A stretch of 64,000 nt of DNA from Lachnospiraceae bacterium UBA3310. GTDB lineage: Bacteria; Bacillota; Clostridia; Lachnospirales; Lachnospiraceae. The DNA lies in the NCBI GenBank assembly GCA_002361355.1, contig DESQ01000029.1:21141-85140 (forward strand), written 5' to 3'. Positions 40,367 to 50,253 of the stretch are shown in pieces; position 1 is the first letter of the stretch; each line of letters opens with the position of its first letter. Both the position numbers and the translations under genes were made by a program. Below the pieces are notes generated by a model, which saw only the letters and a program-made list of their open reading frames with translations, did no database searches and had not been told where the DNA came from.

Positions 40367-41413
40367 ATGGAGAAAAAAGAGATAAAGTCCCTCACGCTCC
40401 CGGAGCTACAGGAAGAAATGGCACAGCTTGGGGAGAAGTCTTTCCGCGCGTCACAGATGTATGAGTGGATGCACAGGAAACTGGCGCGGGACTATGAGGA
40501 AATGAGTAATATTCCTGCGGCTATGAAAGCGAAATGTGGGGAAAGATATAGGTATACGGCACTGAAAATCGCAGCGGTGCAGGAGTCGGCGGTTGACGGC
40601 ACAAAAAAGTTTCTGTTTGCCCTTTCTGACGGCAATGTGGTGGAGAGTGTGTGGATGCGTTATAAGCATGGCAATTCGGTCTGCATCTCCTCCCAGGTGG
40701 GATGCCGGATGGGATGCCGTTTCTGCGCTTCCACGCTGGACGGTCTGGTGCGGAATCTGACGCCGGCGGAGATGCTCGACCAGATTTATGCGATCACGTT
40801 GGAGACAAAAGAGCGGGTGTCAAATGTGGTAGTGATGGGAAGCGGGGAGCCTCTGGACAACTATGACAATCTTCTGCGCTTCATCACGCTGCTTTCGGAT
40901 GAAAACGGCCTTCATATCAGCCAGAGAAACATAACGGTGTCCACCTGCGGCATCGTGCCGATGATGAGACGGCTTGCAGATGAGAAACTACAGATCACGC
41001 TGGCGCTCTCCCTTCATGCAGCGACGGATGAAAAACGGCGGGAACTTATGCCGATCGCCAATCAGTACACCCTTGCGGAACTGATGGCGTGCTGTGCCTA
41101 TTATTTTGAGCAGACCGGGAGACGGATTACCTTTGAGTACAGTCTGGTGCGGCATGTGAATGACTCCGGGAAGGATGCGCAGATGCTTGCCAGCCTGATC
41201 AGGGGATTAAACTGTCATGTGAATCTGATACCGGTGAATCCTGTCAAGGAGAGAAATTATGTACAGTCTGAGCGTCATTCGGTGGAGGCATTTGCGGCGC
41301 TTTTACAGAAAAAAGGGATAAACGTGACGGTTCGCCGGGAGATGGGCAGGGATATCGACGGGGCCTGCGGACAGCTCAGACGGCGGTTTTTAGCGGAAAT
41401 GAAAGAGGGCTGA
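40367..41413 (+). CDS. rlmN: 23S rRNA m2A2503 methyltransferase
   Basis: CISSQVGCRMGCRFC, MGSGEP and DIDGACGQL. Confidence 0.95.
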   Translation: MEKKEIKSLTLPELQEEMAQLGEKSFRASQMYEWMHRKLARDYEEMSNIPAAMKAKCGERYRYTALKIAAVQESAVDGTKKFLFALSDGNVVESVWMRYKHGNSVCISSQVGCRMGCRFCASTLDGLVRNLTPAEMLDQIYAITLETKERVSNVVVMGSGEPLDNYDNLLRFITLLSDENGLHISQRNITVSTCGIVPMMRRLADEKLQITLALSLHAATDEKRRELMPIANQYTLAELMACCAYYFEQTGRRITFEYSLVRHVNDSGKDAQMLASLIRGLNCHVNLIPVNPVKERNYVQSERHSVEAFAALLQKKGINVTVRREMGRDIDGACGQLRRRFLAEMKEG

Positions 41414-41492
41414 ATATTTAATTTGCTTGCTCTTTTAAGGGTAATATGCTAACATGGGTAATTGGTAAAATATGCAAAACGGAGGAATGGAC

Positions 41493-42239
41493 GTGCTCAG
41501 GTCTTATGCGCTGACAGATATCGGGCGAAGAAGACAACTGAATCAGGATTATATTTACGTCACTGAAAATTCCATTGGAAATCTGCCCAATCTCTTTATT
41601 GTGGCGGATGGTATGGGCGGCCACAAGGCGGGAGACTATGCTTCCGACCTGGCAGTGGAGACGGTGACGAAGGAGGTGGAGGCTTCCCTGGAGGTGAGTC
41701 CCGTGAAGATACTGAATCACGCGATTTCCAGAGCGAATACGGTTCTGCGGGAGCGGGCAAGGGAAGATTTCGCCCTAAACGGTATGGGCACGACGCTTGT
41801 TGCTGCCACCTGTATCGGTCGGTTTTTGGAAGTGGCCAATGTGGGAGACAGCAGGCTTTATGTGATAGGAGACGAAATTACGCAGATAACGGAAGATCAT
41901 TCCCTGGTGGAGGAGATGGTCAAAATGGGCGGGATCGGCAGGGAAGAGGCCAGAAACCACCCGGATAAAAATATCATCACGCGGGCGGTAGGCGCAAGGG
42001 ATGATGTGGAAGTGGATTTCTTTCATGTAGAGTTACAGACAGGGGATATGGTTTTACTTTGTTCGGATGGTTTGACTAACATGGTGGATGACGAGACGAT
42101 ATGCCAAATCTTGAAAAACGGCAACAGCCTCAGGGACAGGGTAGAAGAACTGGTACAGACAGCCAATAGTAACGGCGGCAGAGACAATATATCGGCGATT
42201 GTTATCGAACCGTTAGCAGACGAGGTAGAACATGATTAA
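41493..42239 (+). CDS. stp1: Stp1/PrpC PP2C Ser/Thr phosphatase
   Basis: VADGMGGH, NVGDSR, LCSDGL and GGRDN; GTG start after GGAGGA. Confidence 0.93.
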   Translation: MLRSYALTDIGRRRQLNQDYIYVTENSIGNLPNLFIVADGMGGHKAGDYASDLAVETVTKEVEASLEVSPVKILNHAISRANTVLRERAREDFALNGMGTTLVAATCIGRFLEVANVGDSRLYVIGDEITQITEDHSLVEEMVKMGGIGREEARNHPDKNIITRAVGARDDVEVDFFHVELQTGDMVLLCSDGLTNMVDDETICQILKNGNSLRDRVEELVQTANSNGGRDNISAIVIEPLADEVEHD

Positions 42240-44343
42240 GATTGGAATGATGATAGCTGATCGGTATGAGATCCTGGAAAAGATCGGTACCGGCGGCATG
42301 TCAGATGTATATAAAGCAAAAGATCATAAGTTGAACCGCTTTGTGGCGGTGAAGGTTTTAAAGCAGGAATTTAGTGAGAACGCCAATTTTGTCTCCAAGT
42401 TCCGGATCGAGGCGCAGGCGGCGGCGGGGCTTATGCACCCCAATATCGTCAATGTCTATGATGTGGGTGAGGAAGGCGAGAACCATTACATTGTCATGGA
42501 GCTTGTGGAGGGAATCACCCTCAAAAAGTATATCGAGAAGAAGGCGAGGCTTTCCGTTAAGGAGGCCGTGAGCATCGCCATTCAGGTTTCCATGGGCATA
42601 GAGGCGGCTCACAACAATCACATCATTCACAGGGATATCAAACCGCAGAACATTATCATTTCCAAGGAAGGCAAGGTGAAAGTGACGGACTTTGGCATTG
42701 CCAAAGCAGCCACTAGCAATACCATCACCTCCAACGTCATGGGGAGCGTGCACTATACTTCCCCGGAACAGGCAAGAGGCGGCTACAGCGACGAGAAGAG
42801 CGATATCTATTCCCTCGGTGTGACTATGTTTGAGATGCTGACAGGCAGAGTGCCCTTTAACGGGGAGACCACGGTTGCCATTGCGATCAAGCATATTCAG
42901 GAAGAGTTTCCTTCTCCCAGAGAGTATGTGGGGGAAATTCCGGTCTGTGTGGAACAGATCGTGTTAAAGTGTTGTCAGAAGAGCCCTGACAGGAGATACC
43001 AGTCCATGTCTGAGCTGATTGCCGACTTAAAACAGTCGCTCATCAGTCCGGACGAGGATTTCGTCAAGGTGGCGGATCCCGATGAGGAGGCTTCCACCCG
43101 TATGATTACGGACAGGGATATGGTGCAGATCAAGAGACAGTCGGAAAATCGGGATTCCATGGACGAGGCGATGCGGCTGAAAAAGGATGTCCGCGACAGG
43201 GAAAGAGATAGAGATGACGACCGTTATTATGAAGATGATGAGGACGAGGACTGGGATGACGAGGAGGATTACGATCCCAAGATGGAGAAAATCACTACCA
43301 TACTGGCGGTGGTGGCGGCTCTCCTGATCGGCTGTATCCTCATCTTTCTGGTGGGCAGAACCATGGGGGTGTTTAATTTCGGCGCCGCCAATGACGAGCT
43401 TCAGGCGCAGGAGAAAGAACAGGTGGAGATGATCCGCGTGGTCGGCATGCATGTGGACGAGGCGAAGAAAGCCTTGCTGGATCTCGGACTGACACCGGAG
43501 ATTAAGTATGAGGAGAACAGTAACTACGATGCAGGAACCGTACTTAGGGCAAGCGTGCAGGATGGATTGATGATAGACAAGGGGACAAATATCATTCTCA
43601 CGGTGGCGGAAGCTGTGGAGGGTGTGCAGGTTCCCAATGTGACAGGAAAATCCCAGACAGAGGCCGAGTCTGTTCTGACGAAGGAGGGCTTTGTCGTAAC
43701 TGTGGTGGAGAGTCCTGACGCGACGGTGGAAAAGGGCGTTGTCATTTCCCAGTCGCCGGAGGCGGAGACAAAAGCTGCCGCCGGTTCAAACATTACTATC
43801 CGCGTGAGCCAGGGGGCTGAGGATAACAAAGTCAGAGTGCCCAGAGTGGTGGATATGACGGAGATGGATGCCACGGCTGTTTTGACAGAGAGCGGCCTTG
43901 TCGTAGGAACGGTAACACAGGTTGAAAATGAAGAGACAGAGCCGGATCTGGTGTGCTACCAGAGTTATTCCGAGGGCTCCTATGTGGATAAAGGAACGGC
44001 GGTGGATCTGCGGATCAGCGCCGGGCCGTCACAGAAGACGTACCGCTATTCGGAGGGCATCACGGCGCCCACCGAAGATCCCTCTTATCAGAGCGGTATG
44101 GAGGTGGCGGTAGAACTGATCGCCTACGACGGTACGGTGATTTTGAGCACCCGCACGACCACTTTTCCGGTGGGCGGCAACTATACGGGAATCAAGTCTC
44201 CTTCGGGCGTTATCCGTTATACGTTTACGGTGCAGACAGAGCCCACGACGGTCACGAATCCGGAGACCGGGGAGCAGACCACCGAAGGCGGCGGATCGGA
44301 GACGAAGACAGTGGAAAGACAGGTCAACTTCACAGAAGAATAA
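42232..44343 (+). CDS. pknB: PASTA-domain Ser/Thr kinase (PknB/PrkC)
   Basis: IGTGGMS, VAVK, HRDIKPQN, DFG and SPE motifs; TM helix; three PASTA repeats. Confidence 0.95.
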   Translation: MIKIGMMIADRYEILEKIGTGGMSDVYKAKDHKLNRFVAVKVLKQEFSENANFVSKFRIEAQAAAGLMHPNIVNVYDVGEEGENHYIVMELVEGITLKKYIEKKARLSVKEAVSIAIQVSMGIEAAHNNHIIHRDIKPQNIIISKEGKVKVTDFGIAKAATSNTITSNVMGSVHYTSPEQARGGYSDEKSDIYSLGVTMFEMLTGRVPFNGETTVAIAIKHIQEEFPSPREYVGEIPVCVEQIVLKCCQKSPDRRYQSMSELIADLKQSLISPDEDFVKVADPDEEASTRMITDRDMVQIKRQSENRDSMDEAMRLKKDVRDRERDRDDDRYYEDDEDEDWDDEEDYDPKMEKITTILAVVAALLIGCILIFLVGRTMGVFNFGAANDELQAQEKEQVEMIRVVGMHVDEAKKALLDLGLTPEIKYEENSNYDAGTVLRASVQDGLMIDKGTNIILTVAEAVEGVQVPNVTGKSQTEAESVLTKEGFVVTVVESPDATVEKGVVISQSPEAETKAAAGSNITIRVSQGAEDNKVRVPRVVDMTEMDATAVLTESGLVVGTVTQVENEETEPDLVCYQSYSEGSYVDKGTAVDLRISAGPSQKTYRYSEGITAPTEDPSYQSGMEVAVELIAYDGTVILSTRTTTFPVGGNYTGIKSPSGVIRYTFTVQTEPTTVTNPETGEQTTEGGGSETKTVERQVNFTEE

Positions 44344-44368
44344 AGTGAGATAATGTTGGTTTTAGTGT

Positions 44369-45247
44369 ATGCAGGGAAAGATTATGAAAGGGATCGCCGG
44401 GTTCTATTATGTGCACGTAGAGGGATGCGGCGTCTATGAGTGTAAGGCTAAGGGAATATTCAGAAAAGAGGGCGTCAAGCCGTTAGTGGGAGACGACGTG
44501 GAGCTGGACGTGCTGGACGAGACGGAAAAACTTGGCAATATCCGCCGGATCCTGCCGAGGAAAAGCGCGTTGGTGCGCCCGGCGGTGGCAAATGTGGATC
44601 AGGCATTGATTCTATTTGCCATTGTAAAGCCCAATCCTAACTTTAATCTGCTGGATCGTTTTTTGATCCGCATGGAACAGCAAAACCTTCCCACGGTGAT
44701 CTGCTTTAACAAAGAAGACATTGCATCCGCGCAGGAGAAAGAAGCTCTGCGGGCGTCCTATGAAACCTGCGGATATCGGGTGTTATTTATTAGCGTGTTG
44801 GAGAATCGGGGACTGGATCAGGTGAAGGCGGTTCTTTCGGGGAAGACGACCACACTGGCAGGGCCAAGCGGCGTCGGCAAATCGTCTCTGATCAACCGGC
44901 TTTCGCCTGACACGCAGATGGCGACGGGAGAGATCAGCGAGAAGATCGAGAGAGGCCGTCACACCACAAGACATTCGGAAATCATTGCACTGGGCGGGGA
45001 AACATACATTGTGGACACGCCCGGTTTTACGTCTCTCGACATGCCGGATATCACGAAGGAGGAGCTTGGCGGATATTATCCGGAGTTTCGGGAATACGAG
45101 CCTTTCTGTAAGTTCCGGGGATGCGCGCATCTGAGCGAGCCATCCTGTGGGGTGAAGGAGGCGGTGGAAGCGGGGAAAATCAGTCTGGTGCGGTATGAAA
45201 ATTATAAAATCCTGTACCGGGAGCTGAAAGAGACAAAGCGGTATTAA
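44369..45247 (+). CDS. rsgA: Ribosome small subunit-dependent GTPase A
   Basis: NKED, GPSGVGKSS, GRHTT, DTPG and the C-x4-C-x-H-x5-C zinc finger. Confidence 0.96.
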   Translation: MQGKIMKGIAGFYYVHVEGCGVYECKAKGIFRKEGVKPLVGDDVELDVLDETEKLGNIRRILPRKSALVRPAVANVDQALILFAIVKPNPNFNLLDRFLIRMEQQNLPTVICFNKEDIASAQEKEALRASYETCGYRVLFISVLENRGLDQVKAVLSGKTTTLAGPSGVGKSSLINRLSPDTQMATGEISEKIERGRHTTRHSEIIALGGETYIVDTPGFTSLDMPDITKEELGGYYPEFREYEPFCKFRGCAHLSEPSCGVKEAVEAGKISLVRYENYKILYRELKETKRY

Positions 45248-45274
45248 AGTGAGAGAAGAGGAGGACTGCATCCT

Positions 45275-46996
45275 ATGAAAAAAACGCGGGCATTGGGAAT
45301 CATCACAGGTATATGCTTATTGTTTTGCGGGTGCGGCGCTGACAACGAAAACGAGGATATTTTTTTGCAACAACAGACGGAAGATATTGCGGCGGAATCT
45401 GTATCGGAGAATACTGCGGAAACATCCGTATCGGAAGAGGATCTGGAGGAGCCAACACTGGAAACGATACGTGCACAGTGGGAAGCGGAGAAATTGGTAG
45501 AGAAGATGGTGCGGGAGCAGAAGAAACTGAAATACTACGGTACTTTTCTGGCGGAATACATAACATGGAAGAAAGAACTGGACGAGAGGGTCGCGGGGCA
45601 ATTTGCAAAGATGGTGCAGGAACAGTCAAAGGTACTGGAAAGATACGATATTTTTCTGACGGAATACGCAGCGCGGGGAAAGGGGCGTGACAGCGGGCAA
45701 GTCCCCGGTTTTGCATTGATCTATCTGGATGGCGACGATATTCCGGAACTTGTCCTGATAGACGGATATGCGCATGCGCATGGCGGGCTGGTGTATACGT
45801 TTGAGGAAGGACGTGTAGTCCCTGTGGGAGAATATGGGCAGTACGGCACGATGCACTATCAGGAAAAAGAAGGAATCGTATTCGACGATTACGATACGTT
45901 TGGCGACATATTTTCCGAGGTGTACCAGATAGAGGGAAGCAGGGAAACGCTTCTGCAAAGTTACAGCGAATACTGTATGCTTCCGGCGGCGGAGGACAAG
46001 CTGCAGTATACTTATACGGTGGACGGGAAAGAGGTATCGAAGGAACAATACCTGGAAGTTTCTGAGAAATGGCTGGAAGCCGAATACAGCGAGATCAACT
46101 ACGATATGTGCCGGACACTGGCAGAAGATAACATACAGGAAGGATTGCGGGAAGAATTGGAAAACCTGATCTTCCGGCAGGAGGAAGCGCTGAAACAGGG
46201 AATGCTGCTTGCAGCGGAGGAGAAAGAGGAAGATATTCTGCTATGGGACTACGATGACTTTGACGGGGATGGCAATTGGGAAGCGTTTATGATAGTCGGG
46301 CGAACTTTCAACGTTTATGGGAGTCTGGAGTATACCGGCACACTTTATTTTGCAGGAGCGGACGGCTCAGTGCTGACGCTGGATGACAGTTATGGCAGCT
46401 ATCGCCTGATTGACGGGAAAATGGATTTCGGGTCGAGAAAATATCTGTATTTTTACACGGATTATTGTTTTACGGCCAATGTCAGCGAAATATGGACGGT
46501 GAGAGACGGAAAGCCGGTAGAAGAGAGCGGTCTTTATCAGAGTGGGCAGGTGGTATATCGCGGCGAAAATGAGAGAAACGAGTTTGAAATCTGGGTGGAT
46601 GGCTACAATCACTTTTATGGGATGATGATCCCTGATGCGTGGACGGGGCATACTTACAGACCCTATTTTTATTATTATGATTCCGACAGCGACCAGATTA
46701 AGGCGTTTGGGGGAAAGCTCATTTCGGAGGAGGACTTTGAGGAACTTAGCGCAACGAATATCATAGAGGAGATCAAGGCAAAAGGGTATACGGTAGGGGA
46801 TATTATCAGGTGGGACAATAATATTGTGACGATTAACTATAATTATGTGCAAGTAGGGAGCACGAATGACTCTTCAAAATGGGATGTCTATGAAAATGTG
46901 ATTTGGGATAATAACGTAAAGGATTTCTGGCGAAAGGAAGCGATGCAGGTCACTTCTTGGGAAAATGCGGGAGTAGGAGGAAGCTACGGGTTGTAA
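45275..46996 (+). CDS. Acidic hypothetical lipoprotein with DxDGD-type motifs
   Basis: Signal peptide ending in LFCGC; YLDGDDIPEL and DDFDGDGNWE; GAGGAGG RBS. Confidence 0.75.
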   Translation: MKKTRALGIITGICLLFCGCGADNENEDIFLQQQTEDIAAESVSENTAETSVSEEDLEEPTLETIRAQWEAEKLVEKMVREQKKLKYYGTFLAEYITWKKELDERVAGQFAKMVQEQSKVLERYDIFLTEYAARGKGRDSGQVPGFALIYLDGDDIPELVLIDGYAHAHGGLVYTFEEGRVVPVGEYGQYGTMHYQEKEGIVFDDYDTFGDIFSEVYQIEGSRETLLQSYSEYCMLPAAEDKLQYTYTVDGKEVSKEQYLEVSEKWLEAEYSEINYDMCRTLAEDNIQEGLREELENLIFRQEEALKQGMLLAAEEKEEDILLWDYDDFDGDGNWEAFMIVGRTFNVYGSLEYTGTLYFAGADGSVLTLDDSYGSYRLIDGKMDFGSRKYLYFYTDYCFTANVSEIWTVRDGKPVEESGLYQSGQVVYRGENERNEFEIWVDGYNHFYGMMIPDAWTGHTYRPYFYYYDSDSDQIKAFGGKLISEEDFEELSATNIIEEIKAKGYTVGDIIRWDNNIVTINYNYVQVGSTNDSSKWDVYENVIWDNNVKDFWRKEAMQVTSWENAGVGGSYGL

Positions 46997-47050
46997 ATAA
47001 TGGTGACGTTGGGTATAAAGAACTTAGGTGCAATGCACCGCATTTCCGAA

Positions 47051-47599
47051 TGGGCAGGAAGACGGAGGTTTTAAGCGAATTGACGGATGATCTGTGTTAT
47101 TCCGTGGGCTCCCTTACCAATGCGACGAAAATAGCAAACACGCTGCAGACGGTGAAGGGAATCAGGGTGGACAGCGGGACTATAGCAAGCTATCTGACTT
47201 ATCTTTCCGAGTCCTTTCTGTTTTGTCAGGCGAAACGGTATGATGTAAAGGAAAAGAAATATTTTCCTATCCGTCAAAATATTATTGCAGCGATATTCGG
47301 TGGATGTAGGCGTTGTGGATCTTTTTGAAACAGGTGCAGAAGGGAAAAGAAAGAAAGTCAGCTGCGAGATCGATTTTGTTGTAAACAGGGGAATAAAGAA
47401 GTATTATATCCAGTCTGCCCTGACCTTGGGAGATGCCCGGAAGGAACAGACAGAGCTTCGGCCGTTGCTTAGCGTCAGGGATTTTTTTCGGAAAATCGTT
47501 GTTACGAAAAGCGGGATGAAACCATGGATTGATGAAGAGGGGATTCTGCATCTGGGGCTTTACGAGTTTTTGTTGAATCCTGCCGCGCTGGATTTATAA
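47051..47599 (+). pseudogene. 3' remnant of an AAA-ATPase/DUF4143 gene (frameshift plus internal deletion)
   Basis: SVGSLTN..KIANT, KRYDVK, YPSKYYCSDI and EIDFVVNRG..YYIQSA split across frames; no Walker A. Confidence 0.8.
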
Positions 47600-47607
47600 T
47601 AGTTTTA

Positions 47608-47859
47608 TTGCTGCTTTCATCCGCCACCCTTGCCATGATCGCTGGCTTTGCTTACCTGCTTTTGTATGTTACGGACAGAGAGCGGGGCATGACGGAGGAG
47701 AGGAAGAAGGAGCTTGTCTCCTGCCTTGCGGCATGGGCGAAGCAGGGCGGAAAGGTCAGAAAATACCTTGCCCTTGCGGCGATCTTTGTGCTGCTGGTGT
47801 ATTACCACAGCATCGGCAAGAAAATGTGTGTAAGATGGAAAGCGATTTATGGAGAATAG
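47608..47859 (+). pseudogene. Probable C-terminal membrane-anchor remnant of a surface protein gene
   Basis: TM ATLAMIAGFAYLLLY, a charged segment and a second TM; no RBS; stop overlaps the sortase start. Confidence 0.55.
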
Positions 47860-48682
47860 GAAAAGAAAAGCGGCGAGAACGCTTCTTCTTGCGGGAATCA
47901 TCGTATGCCTGATACCATTCGGGCAGGCATACGGCCAGTCCCGGCAGCACAGGGCGCAGCAGGAAGATTTGAAAAGATTGGTGACGGAGGTGCCGGTAGA
48001 ATATCCGGTGCAGACAGACAGTGCGCCGCAGGAGGTCGGTGCCTTAGTCTTGCCGGAGCAGGAGGCGGGGGCAGACGGCGGACAGCCGGAGGAAAAGCCC
48101 GCCATGCTGGAACAGTATGCCGGGTTATATGAGGAAAACCAAGACCTTGTGGGCTGGCTCTCCATAGCGGGCATGAAGATTGATTATCCGGTCATGCAGA
48201 ACGAGGACGACGGGTATTATCTGCACCATGACTTTTATGGAGAGGAAAGCAAATATGGTTGCCTGTATGTGAGAGGGCAGGCTGACCTTGATGCCGGGAC
48301 AAACTTTATCATCTACGGGCATAACATGAAGGACGGTTCTATGTTTGGGGATCTGGATCGGTATCTGGAGGAGAGCTTTTATAAAGAGCATTCCACGGTT
48401 TCCTTTGATACGCTCTATGAGGAACGCACCTATGAGATCCTGGCGGTGTTCCGTTCGCAGGTTTACAATGAGGATGAGGATGAGGATGTGTTTAAGTATT
48501 ATCAGTTTTATGAAGCGGACACGCAGGAAGAATTTGAAGATTTTTACGGCAATATCAAAGAACTTTCCCTTTATGATACGGGCGTGGAGGCGAAGTACGG
48601 AGACACATTCCTGACATTGTCCACTTGCGCCTACCATGTGAAAGACGGGCGGCTGGTGGTGGTGGCGAAGCGGACGGAGTAA
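47849..48682 (+). CDS. srtB: Class B sortase
   Basis: N-terminal TM, IDYPVMQ, YYLHHDF, IIYGHNM, TLSTC and GRLVVVA. Confidence 0.93.
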   Translation: MENRKRKAARTLLLAGIIVCLIPFGQAYGQSRQHRAQQEDLKRLVTEVPVEYPVQTDSAPQEVGALVLPEQEAGADGGQPEEKPAMLEQYAGLYEENQDLVGWLSIAGMKIDYPVMQNEDDGYYLHHDFYGEESKYGCLYVRGQADLDAGTNFIIYGHNMKDGSMFGDLDRYLEESFYKEHSTVSFDTLYEERTYEILAVFRSQVYNEDEDEDVFKYYQFYEADTQEEFEDFYGNIKELSLYDTGVEAKYGDTFLTLSTCAYHVKDGRLVVVAKRTE

Positions 48683-48817
48683 CGGAGAAGGACAAGGCAT
48701 GAGAGAATTTGAGTATTTTTTTTAGGAACAATTACAGGATGATGAGTTTAGAAAGGAATGAGTTTGTTCCAAAAAGTCCGGCTAAGAGTTAGCTATGAGG
48801 AGCAGAAAAAATCCCAC

Positions 48818-48963
48818 AATTTACTTTTGAGCCTTACTATGCTATACTATCATAGCTGTTAAGGCTCTTTTTGAGTCGTTTCGTGATAGAACTGCCTTTG
48901 ACAGGAAAAAATAAGAATCAAGGAAATAACGGAGGATTAAGGTAAAATGAAATTAGGCATCGT
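48818..48963 (+). repeat. Copy 1 of the ychF promoter, leader and first six codons
   Basis: 48818-48901 is identical to 50254-50337 (84 bp); then GGAGG and ATGAAATTAGGCATCGT (MKLGIV), after which homology stops. Confidence 0.92.
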
Positions 48964-49157
48964 TATTTATGAGTCTGTTTCATGTAAATCCATATATCTC
49001 TATATAACGGTTTAAAGTTTGATAAATACTAGGGTTGAAAGCAATTTGATTTCCATGTAAGTCTTTATATCTTCATAAAGTTTTATGTGAAATTGGTACG
49101 TGATTGGTACATTGAAGTGGAATTAGAAATTGTTAGGTTGAGCCTTAATACCGAGAA

Positions 49158-49191
49158 AAAAGGACAAGGCATGAAAAAATGTCTTGTCCTT
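49158..49191 (-). terminator. Hairpin, better terminator on the minus strand
   Basis: AAAGGACAAGGCAT-GAAAAA-ATGTCTTGTCCTTT; the A-run on the left gives a minus-strand U-tract. Confidence 0.6.
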
Positions 49192-49217
49192 TCTGAAATA
49201 TTGGAGGAATTTATTGT

Positions 49218-50078
49218 ATGACGGAATTGAAAGCAAAGGAATATAAGAAATTTGAAGATATTAAGCGCATCAGAGAAGATGGTTCGGAGTTTTGGAGCGC
49301 GCGAGAGCTGGCGGATGCTTTGGAATATACACAATGGCGAAATTTTAGCAAAGTGATTGAAAGGGCTATGATTGCCTGTGAGAACAGTGGTCATGATGTG
49401 TTTGACGATTTTGCTGAGGTCAGCAAAATCGTAGATGCAGGCGCAACGAACAAGCCGATAAAAGATTATGAATTATCAAGATATGCCTGTTATCTGATTG
49501 TGCAAAATGGAGATCCAAGAAAAGAAGTAATTGCGTTAGGACAGACCTATTTTGCTATACAGACGTATCGACAGGAAGTTGCTGACCATTTTAATCAGTT
49601 AGATGAGGATAGAAGGCGCCTTGTTGTCCGTGGGGACATCAAACAGTGGAATCAGCTTTTAGCGGAAACGGCGCATGACGCCGGAGTGATTACGAATGAA
49701 GAATTTGCAATATTCCAAAATGCCGGATATATGGGACTTTATGGCGGGTTGGATGTAGAAGACGTTCATGCAAGAAAAGAACTTCAAGTTGGGCAGAAGA
49801 TTTTTGATTATATGGGAAGTACAGAGCTTATCGCCAATCTTTTCCGTATTTCACAAACAGAGGAGAAACTGCGGAAGGACAGCATACAGGGTGCTGATGC
49901 AGCGACAAGCGTGCATTATAATGTCGGAAAAGAAGTACGAACGGCGATTGAGAAAATCGGCGGAACAATGCCGGAGGACTTGCTGAAGCCGGAGAAAAGT
50001 ATTCAGGAGATTGAGAGAGAGCAGATGGCGAGGCTAAAGGCGAAGGCGAAGAAGGGGACGATAATGCTGGATGAATGA
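49218..50078 (+). CDS. dinD: DNA damage-inducible protein D (Bro-N-like N-terminus)
   Basis: EFWSAREL, LSRYACYLIVQNGDPRKEVIALGQTYFAIQT, FQNAGYMGLYGG and IGGTMPEDL. Confidence 0.92.
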   Translation: MTELKAKEYKKFEDIKRIREDGSEFWSARELADALEYTQWRNFSKVIERAMIACENSGHDVFDDFAEVSKIVDAGATNKPIKDYELSRYACYLIVQNGDPRKEVIALGQTYFAIQTYRQEVADHFNQLDEDRRRLVVRGDIKQWNQLLAETAHDAGVITNEEFAIFQNAGYMGLYGGLDVEDVHARKELQVGQKIFDYMGSTELIANLFRISQTEEKLRKDSIQGADAATSVHYNVGKEVRTAIEKIGGTMPEDLLKPEKSIQEIEREQMARLKAKAKKGTIMLDE

Positions 50079-50253
50079 TGTGTTGTAGGGAATAGTTTAT
50101 AAAATTTGTAATGATAGAATATTATGAGGCGGTAGTATCCAAAGCGGAGGGCTATCGCTTTTTGAGTATGGTTTTGCAATTTGCGGAAATGCTTGCCAGT
50201 AAGTGCTATAAACACTGCAAACACAATATCTAGTGGAGATAAAAAAATCCTGT

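Noticed and set aside
48470-48487. GAGGAT x3 microsatellite in srtB
   Set aside because: An in-frame acidic loop expansion with no evident consequence.
48947-49015. 22-aa peptide MKLGIVIYESVSCKSIYLYITV as a functional small protein
   Set aside because: Explained as the ychF start running into att-flanking DNA; it may be translated but nothing supports a function.
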